Below, piece after piece: positions 1 to 11,914 of a stretch of DNA of 64,000 bases. The translations under genes were made by a program, and so were the position numbers. The DNA comes from Nageia nagi. Its lineage: Eukaryota > Plantae > Pinophyta. The stretch covers positions 1,674,001 to 1,738,000 of the forward strand of contig JBITNC010000002.1 of assembly GCA_050084985.1 (NCBI GenBank), in the 5' to 3' direction. The notes beneath the pieces are model-generated. The model saw only the letters and a program-made list of their open reading frames with translations, did no database searches and had not been told where the DNA came from. How positions within the stretch are numbered: position 1 is the stretch's first letter; every line of letters starts with the position of its first letter.

Positions 1-1282
1 ATCTAAAGATCCTAATATAATTTGAAATTATATATTTATAGTAATACATATTGCCTCACCTAACTCTAAGTCAATCTACTCGTACATGCAAAACTCTATT
101 TCTTATCTAATTGATCGGTTATTTATCCTCGTAACAATAAGTTTAAAATAAGATCTATTTATATAATATAATTTTTGAGATTTCAATTGAATTAGCTAAG
201 GTTAATCGCTTCAATTTCCATTAAGTTCCATTGTTAACAATTATAATTATCCATTAGAGTCTCATTTGATTATAGATTCTTTCTTTGATCGATAATGCTA
301 GTTGTTAGACTTCTCCTTGCCTTTTTATCACCATATTTCTAAGTCATCAAGTCATTTGTACTAATGATTTTCCTATCATTAGGTGCCACAACACACATAA
401 GTTATGTTTCATCATTCTTTTCCATGATTTGTTGATCACCATATGCAATAATATTGATAACTTAATTTGCCATATTGGTTTGCTAGTCAAGAGACACTTT
501 TGATCAAAACCTTTGATGAACTATCTCATATTATCAAGATAAACAAAACTTAAGAATCTAATTTTAGGATAATAACCTTAGCTATTCATAACAATCATTG
601 GAATTTATCAAGTAGATATAAAATATAGCAAAGGATACAAATGCACATATTAAAAGCAAATGACTCATATCTTAAAAATCAAGTTGAAGTAGACAAAAAA
701 ATAGAAAAAAAGAATATAACAATAATTTCTTTCTATACATTGACCAAAATTGCATTACCATACATACTCATGATATGTTATTACATTAAAAATAAAAGGT
801 AGTTATCATTATTAATAGAAACAACATAAATAATTTATAACTATTCAATAGTTAAACCATTTTATTTTCTATTAGTTGAATATACTTCTTTTTCTTAGGA
901 AAATTAGCATGAAAAATTAAAAGTTAACTATAAATCAAAACACACGAATATAATCTAAAGTCTTATTGATATATTAAAAAATTATTTCAATAAAAATAAT
1001 CTATTGAAAAAAAATTGTAAATCTAATGAATTGACAGATAAGGGAGTTGGAGAGGTGAGTAGTTCAAAGTTTTCGGATACAAAAGTCCAGATTCAAAACT
1101 TTCTACCCCTATTAAAACATACCTAAAATCCTATCGAGTTGATTGATGCCTTAAACACAAAACTCTAAAACAAAAAATTGTAAATCTACACAACACCTTA
1201 TAAGTAAAGTATAGGATTAGCTTTGCAGCAAGTACAAATATTAGAATTTTGGTGAATTAGATTCGTCCGTTAGAAACTGCTA

Positions 1283-2284
1283 TCAATAGTCTCGTCTCCT
1301 CCTTGTCGGTCCACCAGCCTCGGAATTCCCTTCCAACATGAGCAACACTTGGCGCATGCTCGGCCTCGCTTCTTCATCGTTCTGAATGCACAGCATGCTC
1401 TTTTCACCTCTTCACCATCTGCACTGATTGCGAGCTCCATCGGTTGCCATCAATCAGCGCATACAGCTCCTGCCTTGTCCATGACGAAACGAAAAAGAAG
1501 ATTTATGCCAGCAGGAACTGTATGCTTGAAATACAAGCCGGAGCTGGTGTTCTCCGTGCTGACGCTGTAAATCTCTCTAGTGCCTGACATCTCTGCAACT
1601 TTAGCGAAGGCTTTACCGTCCCAAACGCCGCTCTCCCAATACTGAACGGAATTGTTCCAACTGAGCACGAACTGTAAGACACCCGATTGGTCTATCTGGA
1701 GAGAGAAAATTCCGAGAGCCGGATCCACTGAGTTCTTCCAAGATATTAACTTCGACTTCTGACCGATCTTCATCCCAGGCAACCACGTGTCCAGCGGATG
1801 GTCGAAGCTCTCCCAGACAGTCTCAGATTTATTCTCACGACTCCGCATGACAAAATTACCGGAATCCAGTAGCACAGCCTCAGACCCCGCCCTTGTGTCA
1901 TTGGGAGACCACAGGGATACTCCCTCCGCATCAAACAAGTCAAGCTGACCGTCTGTCAATAAATTCAGAATACCGGGCATGCTTTTCAGGGGACTCTCTC
2001 TGATGGCCACCCAAACGTATACAGTCTCGGAGACTTCAGCATACCAGATGCCGAGATACCAGTTATTGGTTCCATTGGGGTTAAAAATTCCTAACTCAAA
2101 CGTTCCATCTTGTGAAATAAGTCTCCATTACCACCCCATGGGAATGACTTCCGCCTCTATCGATCCATTACCACCCCATGGGAAGACCTTCCACCACACC
2201 TTTACAAACGTCCCTCCGCCTGCATAGCCAATCCAAGAAGCCCCAAATTCTTGAATAAGTAAGTATTCCACCATCAAGTCCCAT
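1283..2284 (-). pseudogene. Pseudogene paralog of the G-type lectin S-receptor-like kinase: B-lectin/S-locus glycoprotein region fused by deletion to the extreme kinase C-terminus
   Basis: 1450-2120 reads open (LISQDGTFELG...WYLGIWY...LLDSGNFV...WESFDHPLDTWLPGM...) and aligns directly to about 36107-36790. 1283-1434 aligns to 34487-34686 with several small deletions. The EGF, PAN, TM and most kinase sequence (about 34687-36107 of the intact copy) is missing. The signal-peptide region 2120-2284 is eroded and frameshifted. Confidence 0.9.
2124..2184. repeat. 21-bp direct repeat TCCATTACCACCCCATGGGAA, 40-bp spacing, in the eroded 5' end of the pseudogene
   Basis: Identical copies at 2124-2144 and 2164-2184. 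Confidence 0.9.
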
Positions 2285-3226
2285 GCCTGCCGGAGAATAG
2301 CTTAACAACAGATCTAGGGATTTTTTTTTTGGATTCTCTTATGCAAACACAGTTAGCTGCGGCGTGGATAACATTATTTTATTAATCATTACAACCCTCA
2401 AATTTAGAAAGATCAAGCATTCGATAATGATGGGAAGCCCTGCACATCCGAGATTTGGAGAATCCAGTCGCGATTCAGCATACGAGATCTGGTCCTCGGA
2501 GCATTTAAATCGAGAGGATGTTTTTTGTGTATACATATCAATCGATCGATGTCGGACAGATGACATTCTACGAGTTGCATATAGATGCAATGATATGGGA
2601 AGTGGACGTAACAGTTAGCGGCTATCGGGTGCTTTACAGGGAATAATTTGGTGGGAAATCTACAAATAATGATGGTGTTGGACACTTCCTTTCTCTTGAA
2701 GCTCTTCAGAACCCTCACGGGTGCCAAAGACATCTACAAAAGGTATAGGGTGAGGGTTCGAATTTCTGTAATGTGTGAAGGCAAAGAGCTTTCATGTTGT
2801 GCAAGCAAGAGCATGATGGTGGTTGTGATCAAATAAGAGGGTCATATAATTGTAAATATAAATTTGTTGTAAATAGGGTAATTCTCATGGGTCTTTTACT
2901 AAATTTCCTTCATATTAATTATTGTTACTTTACAATTGTGATTTGAAAATTGGTATAGTATTTTTAGATAACTTTATAACAATTTTATTTTATTTTATTT
3001 CAAATTTAAAAAGAGTTTTTAAATATTATTGATAATTATATTTCTTAAGATATTTATCAAAATATATTTAAGTAAATCTGATATTTCATTTGAAAATATT
3101 AGATATTTAATTTAAGAATATAATTTTATGATTTAATATTGATAAAATATTTTTTTTTTTTTAAATTTGATTAATACAAGACAACAGTCATCTATTTGAA
3201 ACATTAAGAATTTTATGTCTTACTTG

Positions 3227-3308
3227 ATGAGGTTTACCTACTATTAAGGGGATCTACAAAGCTTAATGAGGTTTACCTACTATTAAGGGGATCTACAAAG
3301 CTTAATGA
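3227..3308. repeat. Perfect 39-bp tandem duplication
   Basis: ATGAGGTTTACCTACTATTAAGGGGATCTACAAAGCTTA at 3227-3265 and 3266-3304. Confidence 0.9.
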
Positions 3309-3379
3309 CAAATATACAATGACTATGTTGCAAGTTACATGTAATAAGAAACATCTCTATATCCAAAGAAGCTTGAATC

Positions 3380-3800
3380 TAAGCCTATGAAGGTAGAATA
3401 TCAATATCAAGAAATCACAATAATTCTTGAATTACTATAAAGATCTTTATAATGTTCTTTAGGACATCATTAATCATTATTATATTCTTTTGTATTTGTT
3501 TGAATTATCAAGTGTATAATCATCATTTCAATAACAAACTATCTTTTATGTAGTTCCTTGACATATTTACTTTTTCATCACTTTTTATCTCATATTATTT
3601 GATTATTTTTCATTATTTATTGTTCATTATTTATTATTCATTATTCATTATCAATCATAATATTTATTTATTGATTACCAAGGTTTTACTACTTCAACAA
3701 TTTTTAAATAATTAATACATTTGATAAGATTGTATTATTGAAATCAATTTTAATTTATAGAGTATTTTTCATTTATTAGGACTTTATCATATTAGTGAAC
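3380..3800. repeat. Dispersed AT-rich repeat; second copy split between about 53158-53400 and 55430-55530
   Basis: Collinear similarity visible by eye, e.g. atatcaagaaatc.caa.aattct, tagttccttg..atatttactttttcatca, aatttatagagt..ttttcatttattagg. Confidence 0.7.
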
Positions 3801-5499
3801 CCAACCCTTTTAACTCTTTCCATAAATCCTTATTTGTGGAGCCTAGGTAATTGCTTGCCATAAGGATCTACATTTCTTATACTAGTGATTGGTAAATAAT
3901 GAATTATGATTAAACAAATCACTAGTTACGCTTGGTATTATGAAATAATTTCAAGACTATGGGTATTCATTGATATTGGATCAAACATATTCTTCACTAG
4001 ATCCAATATACTTTTCTTATGATAAAGTTACCCTCTAGATTTAGAGCTTTGTAGATGCAAGAACTATGATATGCATGCCCTAGTTGTAACCCTCACACAT
4101 TATTAGTGTCATTCAACCTAATAGGAATATAGAAAAACTTAGATAATATGATGATAGGACAAAGTGTTGATAACAAATCCTCATATAGGTGGTGTTAAGA
4201 GATACCTTTATTATTCAGAGTGTGGATCAATCATGATTCGACCTATTTGATTGGATGTGGATTTGATCATCTAATACGGAATGCTTTGATTTGAATCTTC
4301 TTTTGTAGCTAAACATCTTGAATATTTGTGCTTCTTAATAACTTTATGAATTACATAGCTTGTGGTGCTTTCATTAATATTAGCACCAATTACATTATTT
4401 ATGATGCAAGGCTAAATATGATAACCCTATAATTGAAACAAGTGATGAAGATTGTAATAAGAAAGATAAATATATTTTCAATGATATAAACAAATTGGTC
4501 TATAAACCAATCTCCATATCATTTGTAATCTTAATGTTTACAACAATGTTGAATATTATCTTTTAAAATATCCATAATTTTTGGAAGAATGTTTGTTATT
4601 CAATAAAGAGATCTCACTACATCTATTAATAAAAAATATCTCATAGATAATGAAGTTTCTTCTTACATAAACCATCCTTATCCATTCCTCCTAATTTAAT
4701 CATAAACTTAACACCCATCGTAAGTTAATTCATTGATTATACCTTGATTATACCTATAAAATAAATAACTTAAATAATAATCTTTAGGGTTTCTAAGGAC
4801 CATAAATATTGGATTTCCCATCTATGTGAGAGATGATATAAGTAGCATATTTATACTCTCAAAATTCATGTGATTATAATTATCCTCTTCTTCCTTATCT
4901 TGCTTCATTAAGGACATGTTGTTACTACCTTCTCAATATAAAATACCTTATTTTGTTGGTATAATGGGGCTAGGTCATGTGAACTACCACTATGGATCAA
5001 ATATATCCCTCATGCCTATATAATTTACTCCAAGTGATGGGAAAATTCCCTCTTCATCATATTTTAATTGAGAATCATCATAAAATATTGGTATCATGAT
5101 CATTGAAATCAATGCAACTCATGCATTTAATGTTGACCTATAGATGAGTACCTCATCTATATGAATACCTTGCACCATCTTGAAGTACCATATAAAAACT
5201 AAATCTATGTGGTATCTCTTTGATATATTCCATCTCCCTTAGATCCAATTATCCCAAAATATTCTTCATAACTCCTTCTCCATAAGTGATACCTCATAAC
5301 CTAAATAAGCATAACTTGTGATAATATATAATAGGAGCTCACCAAGCATCCACTTGTAACCCATTACATTGAATTAGAATAATATACTAAATTCATTCAT
5401 GATTCTAATAAAATATGTAAGGTAATTCTAGAGAGACTAATAATATGCAATATCTCACTAGGTTTTCATAACTATGCACTCCTAACCTAACACTTAGAG

Positions 5500-6820
5500 T
5501 ACCCTTAAGGCCATAATGCTCACATATTAAAATCAAATATCCCTAAGTATAACTTGTCTAATCCAGAGTACCCAGTATGGCAAAGTTACCCTAGATAGAA
5601 AATAGATGGAATGAATTCCAAATGATGAATGATGGATTCAAGTGCAAGATATACAAAGAGATAAAGGGGAGTGCAAACATGACTAGGATTTCAAATGCTA
5701 TAATTAGAGCTCTACAAGGATATGCAAATTTTTACCTCGAGGAGACATATGCCACTTATATCAGGGTGTATGGGTTAAAAGAATCACCTTAAAAAATGCC
5801 TTGATATGCAAGTGATCGATTCATCTTGATGAAATTTTATATATGCTTGTCATACCTTCATGAGAAACTATGGTGTAAGAAAGGTGGTACCACTTCAAAG
5901 TTGCCTATTAACATAGGGGAGTATCAATGGACTTCTTGGTGTATAGTTAAAATAATGAAAATGGAGTTGGAATATTACAACTTCATAGTAGAGAAGGCAG
6001 TGGATAACTATGACCCTAAGGGCATGATCAAAAAGTTCTTTAAGAAAACATGGCATTCCACTTACCTCACAAAATCCTAGGTAAGCTCGAAATGTATAGG
6101 AATGTTTATTATTTAGAGTGAATCCAAGTAATAAATAAGGACTTGGAAGCAAGTGAAGAAAAGGCTAAGATAAATAAGAAGAAGAGATCTCTAGGAGAAA
6201 ATGATCTTCAAAGCCAAATCCATCATCTCCAACTAGGGCACCTTCAATAATCCTTATGAAGAATTCCTTGATTGCATATATAACTCCACCCATCTTGCCT
6301 TCCATAGGGTTGACATAGGGATAATCTGATAAATATACTACTTTCATTATTTAGCTAAGGGATACCATTGACTAGATAGTACAAGGATTATCTCAAGATA
6401 TTAGAAATACAAAAGAAGCTAGTGGCACATCATACCCATAAAAATGCTTAAAGAAGCTGGTGGAAGTTGCCCCTAATGGCCCATCTTGAGATGGGAAACT
6501 ATGTCATTATGACACTAGTTCTCCTACTTTTCCCCCTTTGAGTGATAGTGAAGATGAGTATGATCTTGCTCATGATGATGAAAACCCCTTCGATAAAATT
6601 AACTAAGGACTAGAAATATCCTTCTTCTCATATAATGAATTACATTTGAATGAAGAGATCCTCATCATGGATCATCCTATATTATAAGTACCTATATTGG
6701 AAATATCAGGGCCTACAAAAAATTCCATGCCATAAAAATAGAAGAAGACACCTTCATCTTAGAAAAGGCCTCCACCAATTCCTCAAAAGAAGACTCCAAC
6801 ATCCAAGGGAAATAATTTCT
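5500..6820 (+). mobile_element. Old retroelement relic (degenerate accessory ORF) that hosts the Gypsy insertion and continues at about 32093-33800
   Basis: Stop-riddled frame YIRVYGLKESP.KMP.YASDRFILM near 5755-5830 resembles 47730-47820 (YI.VYGKELLPTRIPKYMTNKLIIFE). An acidic/charged frame resumes after 32092. Confidence 0.45.
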
Positions 6821-7971
6821 TGTAAAGATCCAATTACAAAATCAAGTACAAATAGCTCAAAATACATAAGTATACTTCAATGTATAACTTAGGGCATCCA
6901 TATTAAGTATAAATAATACAATATCACCAATGTCTCTCCAAGACTTGCAGGTATCAATTAATACAAGCTCAAAATACCAACATTTGGCTACAATATGCAA
7001 GAATGAACAATCACACCATAATGTTGTAATAGTAAAGCATACACAAGATAAATATGGTGACACAAGTGCCCAATAATTGTATGTAAGATAAATGATGATC
7101 AAATATATAATACCAAGCCCCTAGGACTGGATGTTGACCTCTAAGGAGCCAACTTGGGTATAATGTGAGTCTATCACTACTAGATAGATGGATGATGAAT
7201 GGGATAGTATTGATCCCTCAAAATCTGATTCCTCTCCATCAAAGGAGACCTCCTCAAACCTTAGAAACCATTAAAGGTAGAAGCTCAACCTCAAAATACC
7301 ACTAAATGGGTAGGTTACTACACTAAAGCCGTAGACTAGCAGGATCCATCAACTTGCTAATCCTTCTAAATGTTACGCCTAGGGGTTTTCTTAGTGTTGG
7401 TCTAAGATTTTTATCCTCTAAATGGAATACATAATAATAATAATTCTATATATCTAGCAATGAGACTCCAAGGCCTAATATAATTTTCATGGATTTGGAT
7501 CTCACCTCAATATCATCACCTAGTCCCCTCATGCCCCAATGTTGGTACTTAGGAGTCATTTTAAGCTTAAAGTGGGTATCTGGTCCTCCTCCATGTTCCA
7601 CATGGATCCTAGAATGCATGCATGGGTCTACAAGGCATGCATGGGAATTTTTATGGGATAATGTGGGTATCATGGGCCAACATTAGATCTAGAATTCTCT
7701 TTAAGGTTGATGCATATGTACAAGTGCTCATCCATCCACTTAAGTTGTAAATAGACCTTAAGATTCCCAAAATCATGTATCAAGATCTTCAAGTACATTG
7801 AAATACCTAATCTACACTTGGGAAGGAGATTTCCCACTTGGGGCTTATAGTACCCATTAAGTCTTCTATCCCAAGTATTAACTAAAATAATTATTAAATA
7901 ATAAAATATAATAAAAAGAGGAATCTATTGGATTCCAAAATTATTTACAATTATGCAAGGGGGACGTCACA
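6821..7971 (-). repeat. 3' LTR of the Gypsy element (LTR family A, about 1.15 kb)
   Basis: TG...CA ends; homologous to 28921-29024 plus 31035-32092; abuts the PPT (reverse complement GAGAGGGGAGGCTT). Confidence 0.9.
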
Positions 7972-7985
7972 AAGCCTCCCCTCTC

Positions 7986-8971
7986 ACGATTCCTTACCCT
8001 CAAGCAATTCAACAAAATATGTGTAAGTATCTTTGCTCCTTTCCATGTGGAGTCCTCATCTGGAAAATCCCTCCATTTAATTAAATACTCATGAATTTGT
8101 TTAGACCTCAATTTCTTTATTCTAATATCCAACACTCTCTTAGGAATTAAAATTAATTATCCCTCATCATCAAGTGGGGGAAGAGTAATGGAAGAGATTT
8201 CCTACTATCCCATGATCATCTTCAAGAGGGAGACATGAAAGATGTTGTGGATTTTTGCTGTCTTAGGGTAGCTCCAACTCTTAAGCAATCCTTCCTACCT
8301 TGTGCAAGATCTTGTATGGAGTAAGGAAACCTAGGATGCAACTTCTTTGCTATCCTCTTTTTGAGTGAAGATTGCCATAATGGTTGCATCCTCAAGTACA
8401 CCATGTCTCCTATCTCAAAGGTCCTCTCCATCCTTTTTTGGTCATAATACTTCTTTTGATGATTCTAGACCATCTATAGGTTCTCCTTCAGTGCTCTCAT
8501 GATGTCCTAGTATTCCTACAAGAAGTATTTAGTCTTTGGAACCCTTCCTTCATCAAAAATAAAGTATATAAAATTAGAAGGATCGTAACTATACAAAGCT
8601 TTAAAAGGAAACATTTTTATAGAGACATGATAGATGGAGTTATAGCAATACTCCTCAACGTGAAGCCATTTGACCCATGTTTGCTACCACTCAATCACAT
8701 AATACCTCAAGTACCCCTCCACCCACTTGTTCACAAATTCTATTTTCTTATTTGTTTAAGGGTGATAGCTAGTGCTTGGGGTAAGGTTGGTGTCACTCAA
8801 TTGAAACAAATCTTGCCAAAATAGGCTCATAAACTTGTTTTCCCTATCACTTATAATCCTCTTAGAAACCCATGCAATTTGAAGATCTTCTTGAAGAATA
8901 AGTCAGCCAATTGTGCTTTTGTATATGTGATGATGATGGAAAAGAAATGGGTAAATTTTATGAGCCTATCT
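7986..8971 (-). pseudogene. pol: Gypsy pol C-terminus: integrase core/tail and chromodomain
   Basis: EYLIKWRDFPDEDSTW chromodomain and FEIGDMVYLR integrase tail. IFVVVDRLIKFTHFF is restored across the Copia insertion at 8971/26458. Confidence 0.85.
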
Positions 8972-9849
8972 TGAAGGAATTGAACTATGATGAGAACAAT
9001 CCTAAACTACCAAGATCACATGAAAGCTCTCAATTCACATCTAACAAACTCACAAATAAGATAATCTCACAAAGTAACTCAATATGTAAAGTGGTTCCTC
9101 CAAATAGGAGTATATCCACTAACTAGATCTTTACTTCAATCACAAATACAACTCTCTTACAATCCTCCTAATCTTAACTCCTACACTTCTATCCTATAAC
9201 ATAACTTTACTCCATAATTGGTGTGTTATCACAAAGAGGGAGCCTTCTATTATAGGTCAAAATCCCTCTTTGGATCACCATTATATCAAATGTACAAAAG
9301 CATTACATACACATTCTTTTACCTTAATACAAAAGATTTAATACAAACCTTTACAATAATGCATTATACATTCCAACACTCCCCTTAATGCAATATTGGG
9401 ATAGAGCAAGTAAGAGAGAAGAAGAAGAGAAAGTAAGAGAGTTCTCATCCAAATAGATACATTGAATATGAGAGCTTTTTACATATTTGTGAAGTAAGAA
9501 AGATCTAGTTTGAGACTCACTATTTTGCCAAATACAATCATTAACCACAATCAGTTTCAATATACATGAAGTAGTCATCCAACTAGAAGTCATGAATAGT
9601 CTCCAAAAGTCTACATACCTAAAGTAAATAACTTGCAATCTCAAAGGAACCTACAAGTCATAAGCAACTCAAATAACAAGATCAGTTAGATGCATCATAT
9701 TCATATAAACAAGGATAGATGAATCACATAAATTCCATCATGAATTGATCAATGGTGCACTATAAGTCATCACAAAGATGCCATGCCAAAACTTATATTC
9801 ATTTCCTATATAGAAAACATGTGTTGATTATCATTACAAAATAGAGCAA

Positions 9850-10065
9850 GCACATACAAGTTCTTCACATATGGATAATTGAATAGTGCCAAAAGACACA
9901 TAAGAGTTCCTCACACATGAATAATTGAATAGTGCTAAAATGACCAAAAATAGGGCATGCACATACATGTTCCTCACATATGGATAACTAAATAGTGTCA
10001 AAAGACACATAAGAGTTCCTCACACATGGATAACTAAACAATGCTAGAATGACCAAAAATAGAGC
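9850..10065. repeat. Higher-order tandem repeat (46+63 = 109 bp) in the 3' non-coding region of the family-B Copia; resumes at about 18841-18960
   Basis: GTTC(C/T)TCACA(C/T)ATG cores at 9860, 9906, 9969 and 10015, and again after 18841. Confidence 0.85.
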
Positions 10066-10370
10066 TGTTGAGCATGTGTGTTTGTCATTGTTGTCAACAC
10101 GTGGTTTTGGTAAAGACCGGGTTCCAGAGGTGATGATGTCAGCAAGGAGCATTGAAAAGCTGGGGTTAGTAAATAAAGCGTTCTAGAAGAGATGACATCA
10201 CGGGAAGAACGATGTTCACATTTTTGAATGAAACAAGGTTCCGAAGAGGATGAGGTCAGCAAGGGGTGATTAAAAAGGCCAAAGTCAGTAGATTAAGCAT
10301 TCCAGAATGAAATGATAAAAGCTCAATTGTGAAAAAATTGGCTTCCAGAGAAAGTGAGTAGAGCATTCCG

Positions 10371-11029
10371 GAAGCGAGAAGATGACGTTAGCAATTAGTG
10401 TTGAAAAGTCCAGAAGGCCACGCAGATACCTTGGAACTCTCTTTTGGAGTCCGAAGATGATGACATCATGGTGTGGACATTATGGGAAGTGTTTTACTCT
10501 ACTTCCGGAGTCCAAAGAAGATGATGTTAGTAGTGTGTGTTGAAAATTCTGGAAGGCCATGCAGATACCTTGGAACTCTCTTTCAGAGTTTGGAGATGAT
10601 GACATCATGGTGTGGACATCACAGGAAGTGTTTTACTCTACTTTCGGAGTCCAGAGAAGATGATGTTAGCAGTGTGTGTTGAAAATTCTGAAAGGCCATG
10701 CAGATACCTTGGAACTCTCTTCTGAAGTCCGGAGATGACAACATCATGGTGTGGACATCGCGGGAAGTGTTTTACTCTACTTTCGGATTCCGAAGAAGAT
10801 GATGTTAGCAATGTGTGTTGAAAAGTCTGAAAGGCCATGCAGATACCTTGGAACTCTCTTTCGGAGTTCAAAGATGATGACATCATGGTGTGGACATTGC
10901 GAGAAGCATTTTACTCTACTTCTAGAGTCCAAAGAAGATGACGTTAGCATTTGGTGTTGAAAAGTCTGGAATGCCATGCAGATACCTTGGAACTCTCTTT
11001 CAGCATCCAAAGATGATGACATCATGGTG
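10371..11029. repeat. 139-bp tandem array (about 4.7 copies) inside the Copia LTR
   Basis: CAGATACCTTGGAACTCTC at 10423, 10562, 10701, 10840 and 10979 (exact 139-bp period). More diverged units at 10120-10370. Confidence 0.95.
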
Positions 11030-11852
11030 AATACAATAAACATCCGGTATGCTAGTCAATCTCTAGGCTATAGAAAGAGACTTCAAAACTAAAAATCAGA
11101 TACTATCAAATCTCTGGAATCAGTGGAGAAAGAGCTACACTTGTCTGAACAACTCTATTTGAGCAATAGGAGTGCTTGTTAGTTACAGTAGTTACAAATA
11201 AAGATTTCTTTTTAGTTTATTTTTGATAACAGGTCATGATAGGAATAAATTCTTGGGGGGTTTTCTTGAAGTGTAACGGTTGCAGAAATAGGAGAGGGGC
11301 GTGGAGAGAAGAGGGTGTAGAGATGGTGGAATAGGAGGTAATAGCATGGAAGAGGTAGTATCAGGTGGATGTGAAGTGAGCAAATGAATATGCAAAGAGG
11401 ATAGTGATTGTTTAACTGTGTTACTTTGGAGCTGTGTACAGAGATCAAATAATGAGCATTAGAGCTAGACCATTGAGGGTCTACTAGAACTGTATTCTTT
11501 CCTCCTTTTTTGAATGTTTTATCAAGTGGGTGCTTGATAGCTGGAGTTGGTGCTCCAAGCAGTAGGTGTTGCTATTCTTTAAAGTGGTAGTTGGTGCTAC
11601 CCTTCACAATTGGTTCTATGAATCTGTAAGCTTTCTTTAATGACTGGATTTGGATTGGAGTCCAAGCAGTCCTTTTCAGGGATGTAGCCAATCTGGTGAA
11701 CCTGGTTATATCTGGTGTTGTGTGATGTACTTGATGTGCTTGCTCAATTCTCTCTGGATTTTAATCTATCTTTACTTAAGAAGGTTAAATTGATTATTTG
11801 TTTTGATACACTGATTCACCCCCCCTCTCAGTGTCACTCAAAGTCCAACAAT

Positions 11853-11864
11853 TGGTATCAGAGC
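11853..11864 (+). promoter_or_regulatory. Primer binding site complementary to tRNA-iMet
   Basis: TGGTATCAGAGC two bases after the LTR end CA. Confidence 0.95.
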
Positions 11865-11914
11865 AAGGTTCCTACTTAGGCTATAACAGCTAAGGAGATC
11901 TTGGTAGTGACACT

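Noticed and set aside
10371-11029. Regularly spaced repeats resembling a CRISPR array
   Set aside because: The whole 139-bp unit repeats with no unique spacers, it lies inside a plant LTR, and no cas genes are present.
10044-11043. Repetitive short ORFs in the LTR array as peptides
   Set aside because: They are by-products of a 139-bp period that is not a multiple of three.
11853-11864. tRNA-Met gene
   Set aside because: Only the 12-nt retroelement primer binding site is present, with no cloverleaf.
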